The translations under genes were made by a program, and so were the position numbers. A stretch of DNA of 64,000 nucleotides, taken from positions 4,216,001-4,280,000 of the forward strand of contig MU058213.1 in NCBI GenBank assembly GCA_013265495.1, written 5' to 3'. Positions 24,104 to 37,100 of this stretch are shown piece by piece. Each line of letters opens with the position of its first letter. Within the stretch, counting starts at the first letter, position 1. Source of the stretch: Vicugna vicugna (Eukaryota). The notes under the pieces are model-generated. The model searched no databases. It saw only the letters and a list, made by a program, of their open reading frames with translations, and was not told the origin of the DNA.

Positions 24104-24831
24104 TTTTGGGGGAGAATAGGTTCTTGCCTCACACAGGAAAGAATTCAAGAGCAAGGCATGGTAAAGTGAAAGTAAGTTCATTTAGAGAGATACTCCATAG
24201 ACAGAGTGCAGTCTGTCTCACTCAGAAGGGAAAACGGCTTAGGAGATACACACTCTGTGGGCAGAATGTGGCCCATCTCAGAAAGGTGAGAGGGAGAGAA
24301 GCCGAGAGGTGTGGGGTGTTTAAAGTAAAAGTAGATACACACTCCATAGACAGAGTGCAGTCTGTCTCACTCAGAAGGGAAAACGGCTTAGGAGATACAC
24401 ACTCTGTGGGCAGAATGTGGCCCATCTCAGAAAGGTGAGAGGGAGAGAAGCCGAGAGGTGTGGGGTGTTTAAAGTAAAAGTAGATACACACTCCATAGAC
24501 AGAGTGTGGGCCATCTCAAAAGGTGAGCAACCACAAGGTGAGGAGTTGTTAGGTTTTATGGGTTTGGTAATTTCATATGCTAATAAGTAGGAGGATTATT
24601 CCAACTACTTTGGGGAAGGGTCAATGATTTCCAGGAAATGCCCATTCCGCCCACTTTTTGACCTTTTATGGTCAGCCTAGGAACTGTCATGGCGCCTGTG
24701 GGTGCATCATGGGCTCAAGGTCTACTGGAAGTTGAATCTTCCACCATCTTGGTTCTAACCAGTTTGTCCTGTCCTTCACTGCTGTGTCATTCCTTCAATG
24801 GTTGTGCCCTGTCCCCTTTCATCCCACTTCA
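24104..24831 (-). mobile_element. MER41-like ERV1 solo LTR
   Basis: Minus strand has MER41-type blocks GGCGCCATGACAGTT, GAATAATCC..TTAGCATAT, CTCTGTCTATGGAGT, CTTTCACTTTAC, GAATTCTTTC; flanked by ATTC(TT) direct repeats at ~24100 and ~24832. Confidence 0.75.
24192..24506 (+). repeat. Perfect 149-bp tandem duplication inside the LTR
   Basis: ACTCCATAGACAGAGTG recurs at 24192, 24341 and 24490; the two full units read identical. Confidence 0.95.
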
Positions 24832-25899
24832 ATTCTTCTTCCTAAACTTCTTTCAAATCATTGGTCATTTTTTGTGGCCCAGCAATTCTACTCAAAAATG
24901 ATTCCAAGGAAATAATCTAAATATTAATAAAGCAACCAATAAACAAAAAACAAAGATGGTCACCTCACTATTATACTTAATAAAGAAAAACTGAAACAAC
25001 ATAACCATTTAAGACAGGGAAAAGCTTAAGCTAAATATGGTATTGGTTATCCTTACTCAGAAAAAATATAAAATTAAATTAGTTATTGGCAGATTAACTA
25101 CCAAAAAAATTTTTAAATGCCCAGTACAAAACATCTTTAAAATGCTGGTTCAATTAAAAAAAGAATTATAGACACATGGCTGATTTATCAACAATCCTCA
25201 GAAGCCAAAATAAAGAGCAGTAGGGAAGGGATCATGAGTCTGGAGAGATATGAGAGATACCAAAGACAGGTCCTGCCTTTGGTATCTCTCAACCTTGGGA
25301 AATCTAGAGCTTTAGTTTTAAAAGTCATTGAACACAGCAAACAAGAGACAATGTAGACCCAAGGAAGGTAGAATATTATATTGGACTTTACATAAAGCAA
25401 GGAATCCTAAAAAGGCAATATTCTTAATAAGCAAACTAGAAAACAATTCACCCCACAAAGGAAGACATTAAAGAAAATTTTCTGTCTCAGTCTTGGCCAT
25501 AAATGGAGGCAAAAAATAAGTCACTGTTGATAATTCAAGACTACAAACCACCCTCAAATGGGTTTGGTGACAGAATGTATAGAATCTGAATGGTCCCAAA
25601 AGCACAAGTACACATTTTCATTCAAATTAGTCCTAGGTTGGTGTACCCCAGACATTTAGCAAAAAGCAAAACAAATCTGTCAAGAAATTCAGCTTCAATG
25701 TAAACTTCAAAAACAAACAAACAAAAAGAATTAAACCACTAATAACCTTTCAAGGAACATTAATGCATACTACAACATAATGAGACACGAAGAGTAAGCT
25801 ACTGAGAACAAGTGTCATCATAAAAACTTTCAGAGCAAGAATCATAAAAGTTTCAGTTATAAAAATCATTAATGCAGAATAGAAAATAAACATATTTAA

Positions 25900-28070
25900 T
25901 GAAATAGAAGAAAATACAGCCAAAGAATGAGTCTACAAAAATTCTCTGAGTTATGAAAGAACCAATAAGAACTTTTAGAAATGCAAATATAATTGAATTT
26001 TTAAAAATAAGAAACATCACAGTGTGTGGATTAAGTAGCAGATTAGACAGAGTTAAAGAAATAACTAGTAAATTAAAAGATAGATCTGAAGAAATTACTT
26101 AGAATACAACAGAGAAAGCCAAAAAGATAGATACAGATGTTAATAGATAGATAATAAAGATGAACAAACACACAAGACTGAGGTCTAACAAATATATACC
26201 TGCAATACTGAAAGAGGAATGGGAAAATGAAGGAAAGCCAATAATATTTCCAAAATGAATAAAGACATGAATTTTTAGATTCAAGAAGACTAATATGTTA
26301 CAAACAGTAACAAAACAAAGCCAGAAATTTAGTCTTAAATCACCAGTGGAAAACAGTTTACATTGTACACACTGGTGAAAGACTGAAAGTTTTCCCTCTA
26401 AGATTAGGAATAAGACACGGACGCTCACTTTCACCAATGCTACTCAACACTATACCAAAAGTTCTAGCCAGAGCGATCAGGTGAGAAAAAATTAATAAAT
26501 AAATGGCATACAAATTGGAAAGAAGAAGTAAAACTATTTCCATTCACAAATAATATGATCCCCTACATAGAAAATCCCCCCCAAAAAATTATAAAAGAAC
26601 TAATAGAGCTAATAAACCAATTCAGCAAAGCTGCAATTCAACAGTCAAAAATCAGTTGGTTGTTAACATCAGCAGTAAACAATCTGAAAAGGAAATTAAG
26701 AAAACAATTCCATTTATAACAGCATCCACAAAACAAAATTGGCTCAGGATAAATTTAACCAAAGAGGTAAAAGATTTGTACACTGATAAGTATTTAAAAA
26801 TTGCTGAAAGAAATTAAAGAGCTAAATAAATGGAAAGATATCCTGTGCTTATGGATTAGAAAACAATATTGTTAGATGGCAATACTACCTAAAGTTATCT
26901 ACAGATTCATTAAAATTCCTATTAAAATTCCAATGGTCTTTTTTTCAAAAATAGAGAAGCCAATCCTCAAACACGCATGGATTAGCAAGGGACCCCAAAT
27001 AGCCAAAACAATCATGAAAAAGAAGGACCAAGTTAGAGGACTCACACTTCCTACTTAGAAACTTCCTACAAAGATACAGTAATCAAAACAGGGTAGGACT
27101 GGCATGAGGATAGACCTTATATCAATGGAATGAAATTTAGAGTCCAGAAATAAACCCATATATCTGTGGCCAACTGATTTTCAACAAGGGTGCCAAGACC
27201 ATTCCATGGGGAAAGAACAGGCTTTTCAATGAATGGATATCCACAGGCAAAAAAATGAAGTTGGATTTCTACCTCACAGCACACAGAAAAATTAACTCAA
27301 AATGAATCAAAAACCTAAATATAAGAACTAAAATATAAAACTCTTAGAAGAAACTATAGGAGTAAATCTTCACGTACTTAGGCAATGGATTTTCAGATTA
27401 GCCACTAAAAGTATAAACAACAGGAAAAATAGATAAATTTGACTTCATTAAAATTAAAAACTTTGTAGATCAAAGGACAATTACTAAGTAAGTAAAAGGA
27501 AAACCTCAAAATGAAAAATAATTTGCAAATTATATCTGTCAGGAGTGTCCCAAATATATAAAGAACTCTTACAACTTACAACAGAAAGATGAACAGCCCA
27601 ATTTAAAAATGGCAAAGGACTTGAATAGGCATTTCTCTTAAGAATAATATAGAAATAGTAAATAAGCACATGAAAAACTATTCTGCATCATCAGTCACTA
27701 GGGACTTGAAAATCAAAAACACAATGAGATACCACTTCACACCCACAAGGATAGCTATCATAATAAAACAAAAACAGAAAATAACTGTTGGTGAGGATGT
27801 GGAGAAACTGGAACACTTATATATTGCTAGTGGGAATATAAAACGGTGCAGCAACTATGGAAAAGGTTTGGCAGTTCCTTAAAAAATTAAACAAATAACT
27901 GCCATATGACCAAGAAATTCCACTCCAAAAGAACTGAAAACAGACTCAAACAGAGACTTGTATGTTGATGCCAACATTCATTACAGCATCATTCACAATA
28001 CCCAAGGTGGAAACAGTCCAAAGTCCACCAATAGATGAATGGATAAATAAACTGTGAGGAATATATATGC

Positions 28071-28124
<54 letters not shown>

Positions 28125-28500
28125 TATTACTTGGCCATAAAAAGTAATGAAGGACTGATACATGCTGCAATATTGTTGAACTTCAAAAATACCATGCTAA
28201 GTGGAAGGAGCCAGGCACAAAAAGTCACATACTGTATGATACAATTTTTATGAAAAATCCATAATAGATAAATCCATAGAGACAGAAAATGAATAATGAT
28301 TGACAGGGGCTGGAAGGAGGGTAGAATGGGAAGTGACTGCTCAGTGTATACAGGGTTTTCTTTTGGGGTGATGAAAATGTTTTGGAACTAGATAAAAGTG
28401 TTAGTTGCATGACACTATGAATGTACTATAAATGCCACTAAACTATATACTCTAAAATGATTACTTTTATGTTATATGAATTTCACCTCAATTTTTAAAA
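25900..28500 (+). mobile_element. L1M (L1MA/MB-like) ORF1 remnant, ORF2 3' half and 3'UTR
   Basis: ORFs 26876-27058 ([17 protein letters not shown]) and 27670-27882 (TMRYHFTPTRIAII) are L1 ORF2 segments. Confidence 0.9.
28079..28121 (+). repeat. (AC)n microsatellite
   Basis: About 21 AC units. Confidence 0.97.
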
Positions 28501-28739
28501 AGATACATAAATTCATACATACTCATACAGAAATTGAGAAAGAAAAATACGACAAAAATATTAAGTTTGTGTTAACATTTTATATCAAAATATATTATAT
28601 AATAATAAATACATATATATAAATACATATAAATATAAATATTAACCTAGATGAAAGAGGTATGGATGGTCATTGAATTAGTCTTCAAATTTAATGTAGG
28701 AGCCCTTTTTTGAAATAAAACATTGGGAAGACCTGCATA

Positions 28740-30130
28740 AGTAATAACAGCTTCAAATTATAGGCAGCAAAAATTGACAAAAATCACAAGGAGAAATTGA
28801 CAAATCCACCATCAAAGTAAAAGTTTTTGATAAACTTTCAATAAGTGATAGAGCAAGGAGATCAAAAAATTAAAGATAAGAAATACTTGAAAAATTTTTT
28901 TATTTTATAGACATAATAGACATATCTATTCAACAACTGCAAAAATATGTTTTCAGTGCATATGGAGTATTTAAGAAAATGGACTGTGTATTAGAAGACA
29001 AAGCAAGTCTTGATAAACTTTGACAAAAAAGTATCCTATAGAACACATTCTGACTGTAATGCTAGTTATCGGAAACAAATAACAAAGAATTTTTTTTCAA
29101 AGAATATATTTTTAAATATACATTTGGAAATTTAAAAGCACATTTTAAAAGTATTCATGGAATAAAGGAAAATAAGGTGAAAGTTAGAGAAAAATGGAAC
29201 CAATGATGACAAAAATAGTAGACATCAAAACTTGTAATGCTGGAAGAAATATATAGCCATATCTTAGAAGAAAGAAAAGCTAAAAATTAAGGAAATAAGC
29301 ACCATTTAAAACACTAGAGGTGGGGAGTATAGCTCAAGTGGCAGAGCACGTGCTTAGCATTCATGAGGTCCTGGGTTCAATCCCCAGTACCTCCTCTAAA
29401 AATAAATACGTGAATAAACCTAATTACCTCCCCTCTCAAAAAAAAAGAACAATAAAAAATTTTTTAACACTATAAAAAGAAGCAACAAAACAAAGACATT
29501 AAAAATAAGAAAATAATAAAAACATAAACTAATGAAACAGGAAACAAATATACATCAAACAGCAACAACAAAGAAAAAGGTTGCTTTTAAAAACACTAAT
29601 AAAATTGGCAAACTTCTGGCAAGACTGATCAAGAAAAAAGCAAGACACAAGTTAAAATACTGGAAATATAAAAAAGAAAAATAACTACAGATACAGCATA
29701 AATTAAAAAATAAGATTATTAAGAGACTCTTTATGCCAATAGATTTGAGTGAAGAAACAAGTTCTTAGAAAAGAGACTCAAGAGAAAAATAGAAAAAATG
29801 AAACAGAAATAGAAAAACATGAATGGTCTTACAATCAAATAATACAGAAATTGAATATCTTGAGTATCTTAAATGTTTTCACAGACAGACACACAGCCAG
29901 TTCTACTGGGAAGAGTTACTTTCAATTTTAATCAAACTGTTCCAGAAGCTAGAAAGAAAGTAAGCACTCCCCAACTAAATTATAATGATAGCACAATTTT
30001 GATACCAAATTCAAGGAAGAGTATTACAAGAAAGAAAATTTCAAATCAATCTTACTTACGAATACAGATGCAACAATCATAATCAAAATGTTAGCAACTC
30101 AAATAGAACCTTTTTAAAAAAGCAATTCAT
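28740..30130 (+). mobile_element. Old L1M ORF2 5' fragments
   Basis: GGAGAAATTGACAAATCCAC, TTTATGCCAATAGATTTG, GAATACAGATGCAACAATC are L1 ORF2-like. Confidence 0.75.
29319..29455 (+). mobile_element. Camelid tRNA-derived SINE (vic-1-like)
   Basis: GGGGAGTATAGCTCAAGTGGCAGAGCACGTGCTTAGCATTCATGAGGTCCTGGGTTCAATCCCCAG...AAACCTAATTACCTCCC. Confidence 0.92.
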
Positions 30131-31109
30131 CATGAATAAGCCACCTCTCTAGCCAAAAAACCCTTAGTTTATAGTTGTTCGCTGATTTCTGTGGTTTAAA
30201 TACTACAAACTTGGGCTAATTTCAAGACAACAGTTTGACTTCACTGAATGCAGAGTTGGGGAAAGACGCTAACAATCAGCTTTCACCAATCACTGAGTTG
30301 TCTTCTATATACCATTTCCTTGACTTAACTTGAAGTTACTGGGCTAAACTCTTTATATATATTTAACCTTCACCTTATAAACTTATAAGATAGAAACTAT
30401 ATTATTATACCAATTTTACAGATGAAAAAACCAAGGCTTTAACAATTTAAGCAAATAGCCCATGGTCTAATAGTGAAGCCCTTTGTAAGAGTTACCCAAG
30501 ATTTGAACCCAAGCTGTTTTTTAACTCCAGAGTTGGAAATCTTTTCACTGTCTATAAAACTTCATCACTCAGAGTTATTTCATTTCTAACAGGACGCCCA
30601 ACTAAAAGAAAATTAAACAATCAAAAGTCTTGAATTACATAGTTTAAAAGCTGGGTCTGTCACTCAGAAATGCAAGGCTCTGGGTAGGCATCTCTGTGAT
30701 CCTCATAGCTTTCCCTCAGAGTCACAAGACAGCTACATATCTCCAAGCACAACATTCTTCTATCCTTACAGGAAATATCCAAAGATAAGTGGAAATGGGC
30801 CGGTTTTCTCCTCATATATCTATTTTTATAAGGATGGAAAACCTTCCCAAAAGCTCCAGTGAGAACTACCTCAATGTCTCACTGACCAGAAGTAGATCAC
30901 CTGTTGACCTCTAAACCAAACACAGAGGTATAGGATAACCATCATCATCACAATCCACTCCCTGGACTTCGCCCTCCTTGCCTGATCTATCACCACTCAA
31001 TATTGGAAAAAGAGAAACATCAATTCCATTAGCAAGAGGGAGAGGAAAATGACTATTAGGGTGGCAACCAATATGGTGCCAACAGCCATTTTAAATTTAT
31101 GTATGTGCC

Positions 31110-32334
31110 ATGACTTAATTAAGAAATTCCATGTTGAAGGATAGTTAGGTTGTTGTTAATTTTACACTGTTATAAAGAAAACTGCAATGAACACATTTGT
31201 AGCTTTTTCATATTTTTTAGTTTTTCCTTGAGATAAATTCTCAAGGTAGATTTTTGGTATCAAAGCAAATTTGTAACATTAAAACAATACATATTGACAA
31301 ATTATCCCCCAAAAAATGTTTAAGCAAACCCATGCTCTCACCAGGAGAGTATGAGAGCACCCTTTTCTTCACATGCTTAAAAACATTAATTAGCTTTATC
31401 ATTATTTTAAATATTTGAAAATATAATTTAAAATTGTATAACTTTTTCTTTTAAAGCCTAGTTTTTAAATTACAAAAGTAAAAAGTTGCTTTTTGCCAAA
31501 AATTTAATAGTCCAAACATTAAAATCATCCTCTCTACCCTACCCTCAACTGCCACTATCTCATTCCCCAGTAGTAATCACTGTTAACAACTTTTTAATTC
31601 CATAATTGCAGGGACTTTATCTTGTTCTTTGCTGGATCCCTAGTTAATGGCCCAGTTCTTGGCATATACTGCATTTAATACATATTTATTTATAAAAATG
31701 GCATCATACCTGACATTATTTTCTGAAACTTGACCTTTTCCTCCAACAAATTGTAAATATCTTTTTATTCTTTGTATGTATAGAGTTCCCTCATTTCTTA
31801 AAAATATGAATAGTATTCCATTTGAATGGATGTAACCATTTATCAACTCTCTAGATGAGTTATTCCAATTTTGCACTATTTTAAGCACCAATGAAATGAA
31901 TAACCTTGGAAGTATATCTTTGTTTTGTAGTGCAAATATTTCTGAGGGATAAGGTCCTATAACAGATTCAAGGTCAAAAAATATGTGCCAAATTGCTTTC
32001 CAAAAGACTGCATCAATTCACACTCTCTCCAACATGTGAACAGTTTCCTATTCTCAAGCCAGCACTTGATATCTTAAATACTTTTACCTTTTGCTACACT
32101 GAGATGTTAAAATTTTATCTCCTTATTTGAATTTTAGGCATAACCACTTAGGCAGTAGTTTAACAGTTTCTTATAATCATTGGCCATTTGTATTTCATCA
32201 ATAAATTGCCTCTTTATATCCTCTACATATTTTCCTTTTTTTTTTGTCTTTTTCCTGTTCATCTGAAGGAATTATTGTTATATTATAGTTATCTTTTTTC
32301 TACTACATATTTTGAAACATTTTCCCCAGTTTGT
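31110..32334 (-). mobile_element. Old L1M 3' fragments (minus strand)
   Basis: T-rich L1 3'-end-like sequence (TAGTATTCCATTTGAATGGATGTAACCATTTATCAAC). Confidence 0.65.
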
Positions 32335-32355
32335 TATTTGTTCCTTAACACTGTT

Positions 32356-33116
32356 TTTTTGTATTTTACTTGATTATTTTTATTTGTTAATTTTTTTGAT
32401 TGAAGTACAGTCAATTACAATGTGTTGATCTCTGGTGTACAGTACAATGTCCCAGTCATGCACATACATACATATATTCATTTTCATATTTTTTTCATTA
32501 AAGGTTATTGCAAGATATTGAACTTAGTTCCCTGTGCTATACAAAAGAAAAAATTTTAATCTATTTTTATATATAGTGGCTAACATTTGTAAATCTCAAA
32601 CTCCCAAATTTATCCCTTCCCACCCCCTTTCCCCAGTAACCATAGGATTGTTTACTAATCTGTGAGTCTGTTTCTGTTTTGTAGATGAGTTCATAGTGCC
32701 CTTTATTTATTTATTTTTTTTTTAGATTCCACATATGAATGATATCATATGGTATTTTTTTTCTCTTTCTGGCTTACTTCACTTAGAATGATGATCTCTA
32801 GGTCCATCCATGTTGCTGCAAATGGCATTATTTTACTCTTTTTATGGCACAGTAGTATTCCACTGAATAAATATACCACAACTTCTTTATCCAATCATCT
32901 GTTGATGGACATTTAGGTTACTTTCATGTCTTGGCTATTGTATATAGTGCTGCTGTCAACACTGGCGTGCATGTATCTTTTTGCATTACAGTTCACTCTA
33001 CATATATACCCAGAAGCAGGATTGCTGGATCATATGATAAGTCTATTTTTAGTTTTTTGAGGAATCTCCGTACTGTTTTCCATAATGGGTGCACCAAACT
33101 ACATTCCCACCAGCAG
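32356..33116 (-). mobile_element. Young 5'-truncated L1 with a 21-bp TSD
   Basis: TATTTGTTCCTTAACACTGTT at 32335-32355 and 33117-33137; same family as 1518-2166. Confidence 0.95.
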
Positions 33117-34179
33117 TATTTGTTCCTTAACACTGTTGATGGTATCTTTACCATACATGAATTTCAAAATCAAAAATGTCTTTTTTGATAGAGTACTTAG
33201 TATGGTTTCTTAATTGGTGTAGCTTATAACATAATATTTTGCTATCTGTTATGGCAAGCCCCTTCTCAACACTCCATTTTTTCAATGTTTTTACTTTTTG
33301 CTTTTCCAGCTTAGTTTACCAGATTTCCACGAAAATTGCTGCTCTTTTTTTTTCAAAACATTGCGAATGAACTACCATGTCAAATCACTCAATTCAGACA
33401 CCTTTGATTCTTTCCTCTCTCTCTCTAGCAGCCTCCCTCTTTAAGATTTCTCATATATTTTCTCTTTTCACTGTTTCCACAGTCATGGCCTTAGTTTAGG
33501 CCTCCTCACTTATGAACTAAATTGCTGCAATAACATTTCACTATGTTTCCCAATCTCCAAACTCACTGTCATCCAATTCATTCTTCACAATGTAATCAGA
33601 GACACTTCAAAAAAAAAATCTGATTATCTGACTACATGTTTGAAATTCTTCAGAGTAATTTGGACCCTTTAATTTATCATTGCAATGTCTACCTATTACT
33701 TTGGTCTCCTCTCTGCCCATTTCTCTGTAATTTCTTGGTCATTCCCTTTCCAGTCTCTTATGAATCTTCCTTCTGTCTAGAAACTTTTCCTTTGGTTTCT
33801 CAGTTAGTCATTTCTTTCTTCCTTAAACACTCAGCTCAAGATTCACCTTTTCCAGAAATATTCATTTATGATGACACAGCACCTAATGTATACATCTGTC
33901 AAGGCACCTATCAAACTACTCTGTATATATATGTTCATAGCAATTTTGTTCTTAATAACCCAAACAACCTAAATGTCCATTGGTAATAAAATTAGTAAAT
34001 AAGTTTATAAAATTAGTAAATAAGTTATAGTTTATTCATTCACTGGAATGTTAAACATCAATAAATAAACAACAAATTACTGATATATGAAACAATATGG
34101 ATAAACCTTGCAGACATAATGTTGAATAAAGACAGACACAAAAGAATACATGGTGTAACATCCCACCAACCATACTGGA

Positions 34180-37100
34180 AAACCTACTGAATCACAAGAC
34201 ACTAAGTAGAGTATATAGAAAGCTTATGCCTCTGAAATAGAGAATAATTAGCTACTATTTTATTAAGCCCTACTTCAATCCTACCTAACAAATCAAAAAA
34301 TCAAAAAATTTCATAGTACCTTAATCAGATTCAAGGACAAAACCCAAGAATATCCAGCATCCAATAAAGTAAAATTCACAATGTCCAGATCCTAGTCAAA
34401 CTTCTCAGGCATGCCAAACAGCAGAGGGGGTAAGTGATCCATAATGATGAAAAAATTCAATAGAAACCAACCCAGAATTGAAAGACATGAAAGAGTTAGT
34501 AGACAAATACATTAAAACTTGTATGCCACATGTTCACATGTTCAATTTTCAATAAAGACATGAAAGATATGAAAAAGATCTATTAAAATGTTTAGAGAAG
34601 AAAACTGCAATGGATAAAATGAAAAATATATTGGATGATATTAACAACAGATTTGACATAGAAGAAAAAAATGAACTTGAGCATAGAGCAACAGAAACTA
34701 CCCAAAACTAAATATAAAAAAAGATAACTTTTTAAATGAGCAGAGCATAAGTGACCCATAGAATAACTTCAAGGGCCTAATATTTGTGTTTTGGAGTCCT
34801 CAAAAGAGAGGAAAGAAAAAGGAAGACAGGAAAATATTTGAAGAAATGAAAGTCTAAAAGATTCCTCAAAAGACTAGGAATAGACTTACCATATGACCCA
34901 GGAATCCCACTCCTGGGCTTGTATCCAGAAGGAACCCTACTTCAGGATGACACCTCCACCCCAATGTTCATAGCAGCACTATTTACAATAGCCAAAACAT
35001 GGAAACAGCCTAAATACCCATCAACAGGTGACTGGATAAAGAGGATGTGGTATATTTATACAATGGAATACTACTCAGCCATAAAAACCGACAACATAAT
35101 GCCATTTGCAGCAACATGGATGCTCCTGGAGAATGTCATTCTAAGTGAAGTCAGAAAGAGAAAGAAAAATACCATATGAGATCGCTCATATGTGGAATCT
35201 AAAAAACAAAAACAAACAAATAAACAAAAACAAATCGTAAATATAGGACAGAAATAGACTCATAGACAGAGAATACAGACTTGTGGTTGCCAGGGGGGTG
35301 GAGGGTGGGAAGGGATAGACTGGGATTTCAAAATTGTAGAATAGATAAACAAGATTATACTGTATAGCACAGGGAAATATACACAAAATGTTATGATAAC
35401 TCACAGAGAAAAAAATGTGACAATGAGTGTGTATATGTCCATGAATGACTGAAAAATTGTGCTGAACACTGGAATTTGACACAACATTGTAAAATGATTA
35501 TAAATCAATAAAAAATGTTAAAAAAATAAAAAATAAAATAAATAAAAATTTTCAAACTTGATGAAAATTATATGCTTACATATTTAAGAAGCTTAACCAA
35601 CTGCAATATAAGAAACATGAGAAAAACTACACCAAAGCACATTATAACCAAATTGCTCAAAAACAGTGAAAAAGAGAAAATATAAAAAGTAGGCAGAGTG
35701 GACAAAAGACACATTATGTACAAAGGAATGCAGACAGGATAAAAGCAGATTTCTTTTCAGACACCATGCAGTAGAAAAGACAGTGATGCAACATTGTTAA
35801 AGTTAGTTTAAAAAAACTGTCAATTCAGAATTCTATACCTAACAAAAATATTTTTCAAAAACAAAGGTTAAATAGTGACTTTTTCAGACATACAATAGCT
35901 GAAAACATTCTTCATGAGCAGGACTGCATTATAAGAAATGTTAAAGGAGGTCCTTAAGGTGAAGGAAAAATAATAGCAAATGGAAAAATAGATCTACACA
36001 AAGAAATGCAGAGCAATAGAAATCAACTCCTTGAATAAATATGTAAGAATTTAAAATGTAAATATCCTTAAAAGATAATTATTTAAATAAAAATATTAAC
36101 AATGTATTGTGGGATTTGTAATATATATAAAAATATGGCAACAACACTAATATACAAGGCTCATACTATACATGAGGTGGTATAACATCACTTAAAAGTA
36201 ACTGGAAGATTTTTAAAAGTATGTTATAAACCCTACAGCATTTAAAAACACACGCACAAAAAGAGTTCTAACTTAAAATAAAATTAAATGTAAATGGTCT
36301 AAACACACCTAACCAAAGGACAGAAATTGTCAGCTTGGGTAAAAAAGCAAGACAATTACATGCTATATATAAGAAATATACTTTAAAGACAAAAGTATCA
36401 ATAAATTTTTTAATGGAAAAATATATCATGTTAATATTAATAAAAGAAAGATTAATATTAACATTAATTACTAGCAAAATAGATTTCAGAGCAAAGAATG
36501 TTACCAGAGATTTTAAAAGGTCTTCAATAATGATAAAGGGATCAATGAAATCAAGAGAATTTAACAATCTAAAGACATTTATCCACCTAATAAGAGAGCT
36601 TCAAAATACATGGAGCAAAAATTAACAGAATTACAAGAAGAAATAAAAAATCCACAATTCTACTAAAAGACTTATTAATGCTTTTTCAATGATTAATAGC
36701 ACAAGTGAGCAGAAAAACAGTAACGATATAGCAGATTTTACAAACCCTATCAACTAAGTTGACCTATCTGACATATATAAAACACTCTATCCAACAATAG
36801 AAAAATACACATTCTTTTCAAGTGCATATGGAATATTTCACCAAGGTAGACCATATTCTGTGTCATAAAGCAAGTCTTGGTAAATATAACAAGATTCAAG
36901 TCATATATAATATGTTCTTGGATCCCAGAGAAATTAAATTAGAAATCAATAAAGGAAGATCTCTGGAAAATCTCCAAATATTTGGACACCAAATTAAACA
37001 CATATAAGTAAAACACAGATTAAAGCAGAAATCTCAAGAAAAACACAAATTATTTTGCACTGAATGAAAGTGAAAACAAACATACAAAACTTTGTAATAC

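Noticed and set aside
24097..24491. 113-aa and 89-aa ORFs and a repeat-spacer-like look
   Set aside because: Produced by the 149-bp tandem duplication in an LTR; there are no unique spacers, so not CRISPR-like
29319..29400. tRNA-like sequences (also ~1220-1285, 21460-21520, 43015-43085, 52444-52515)
   Set aside because: Each carries the same AT-rich/CCTAATTACC SINE tail, with substitutions and in some cases TSDs, so they are SINE heads and not tRNA genes
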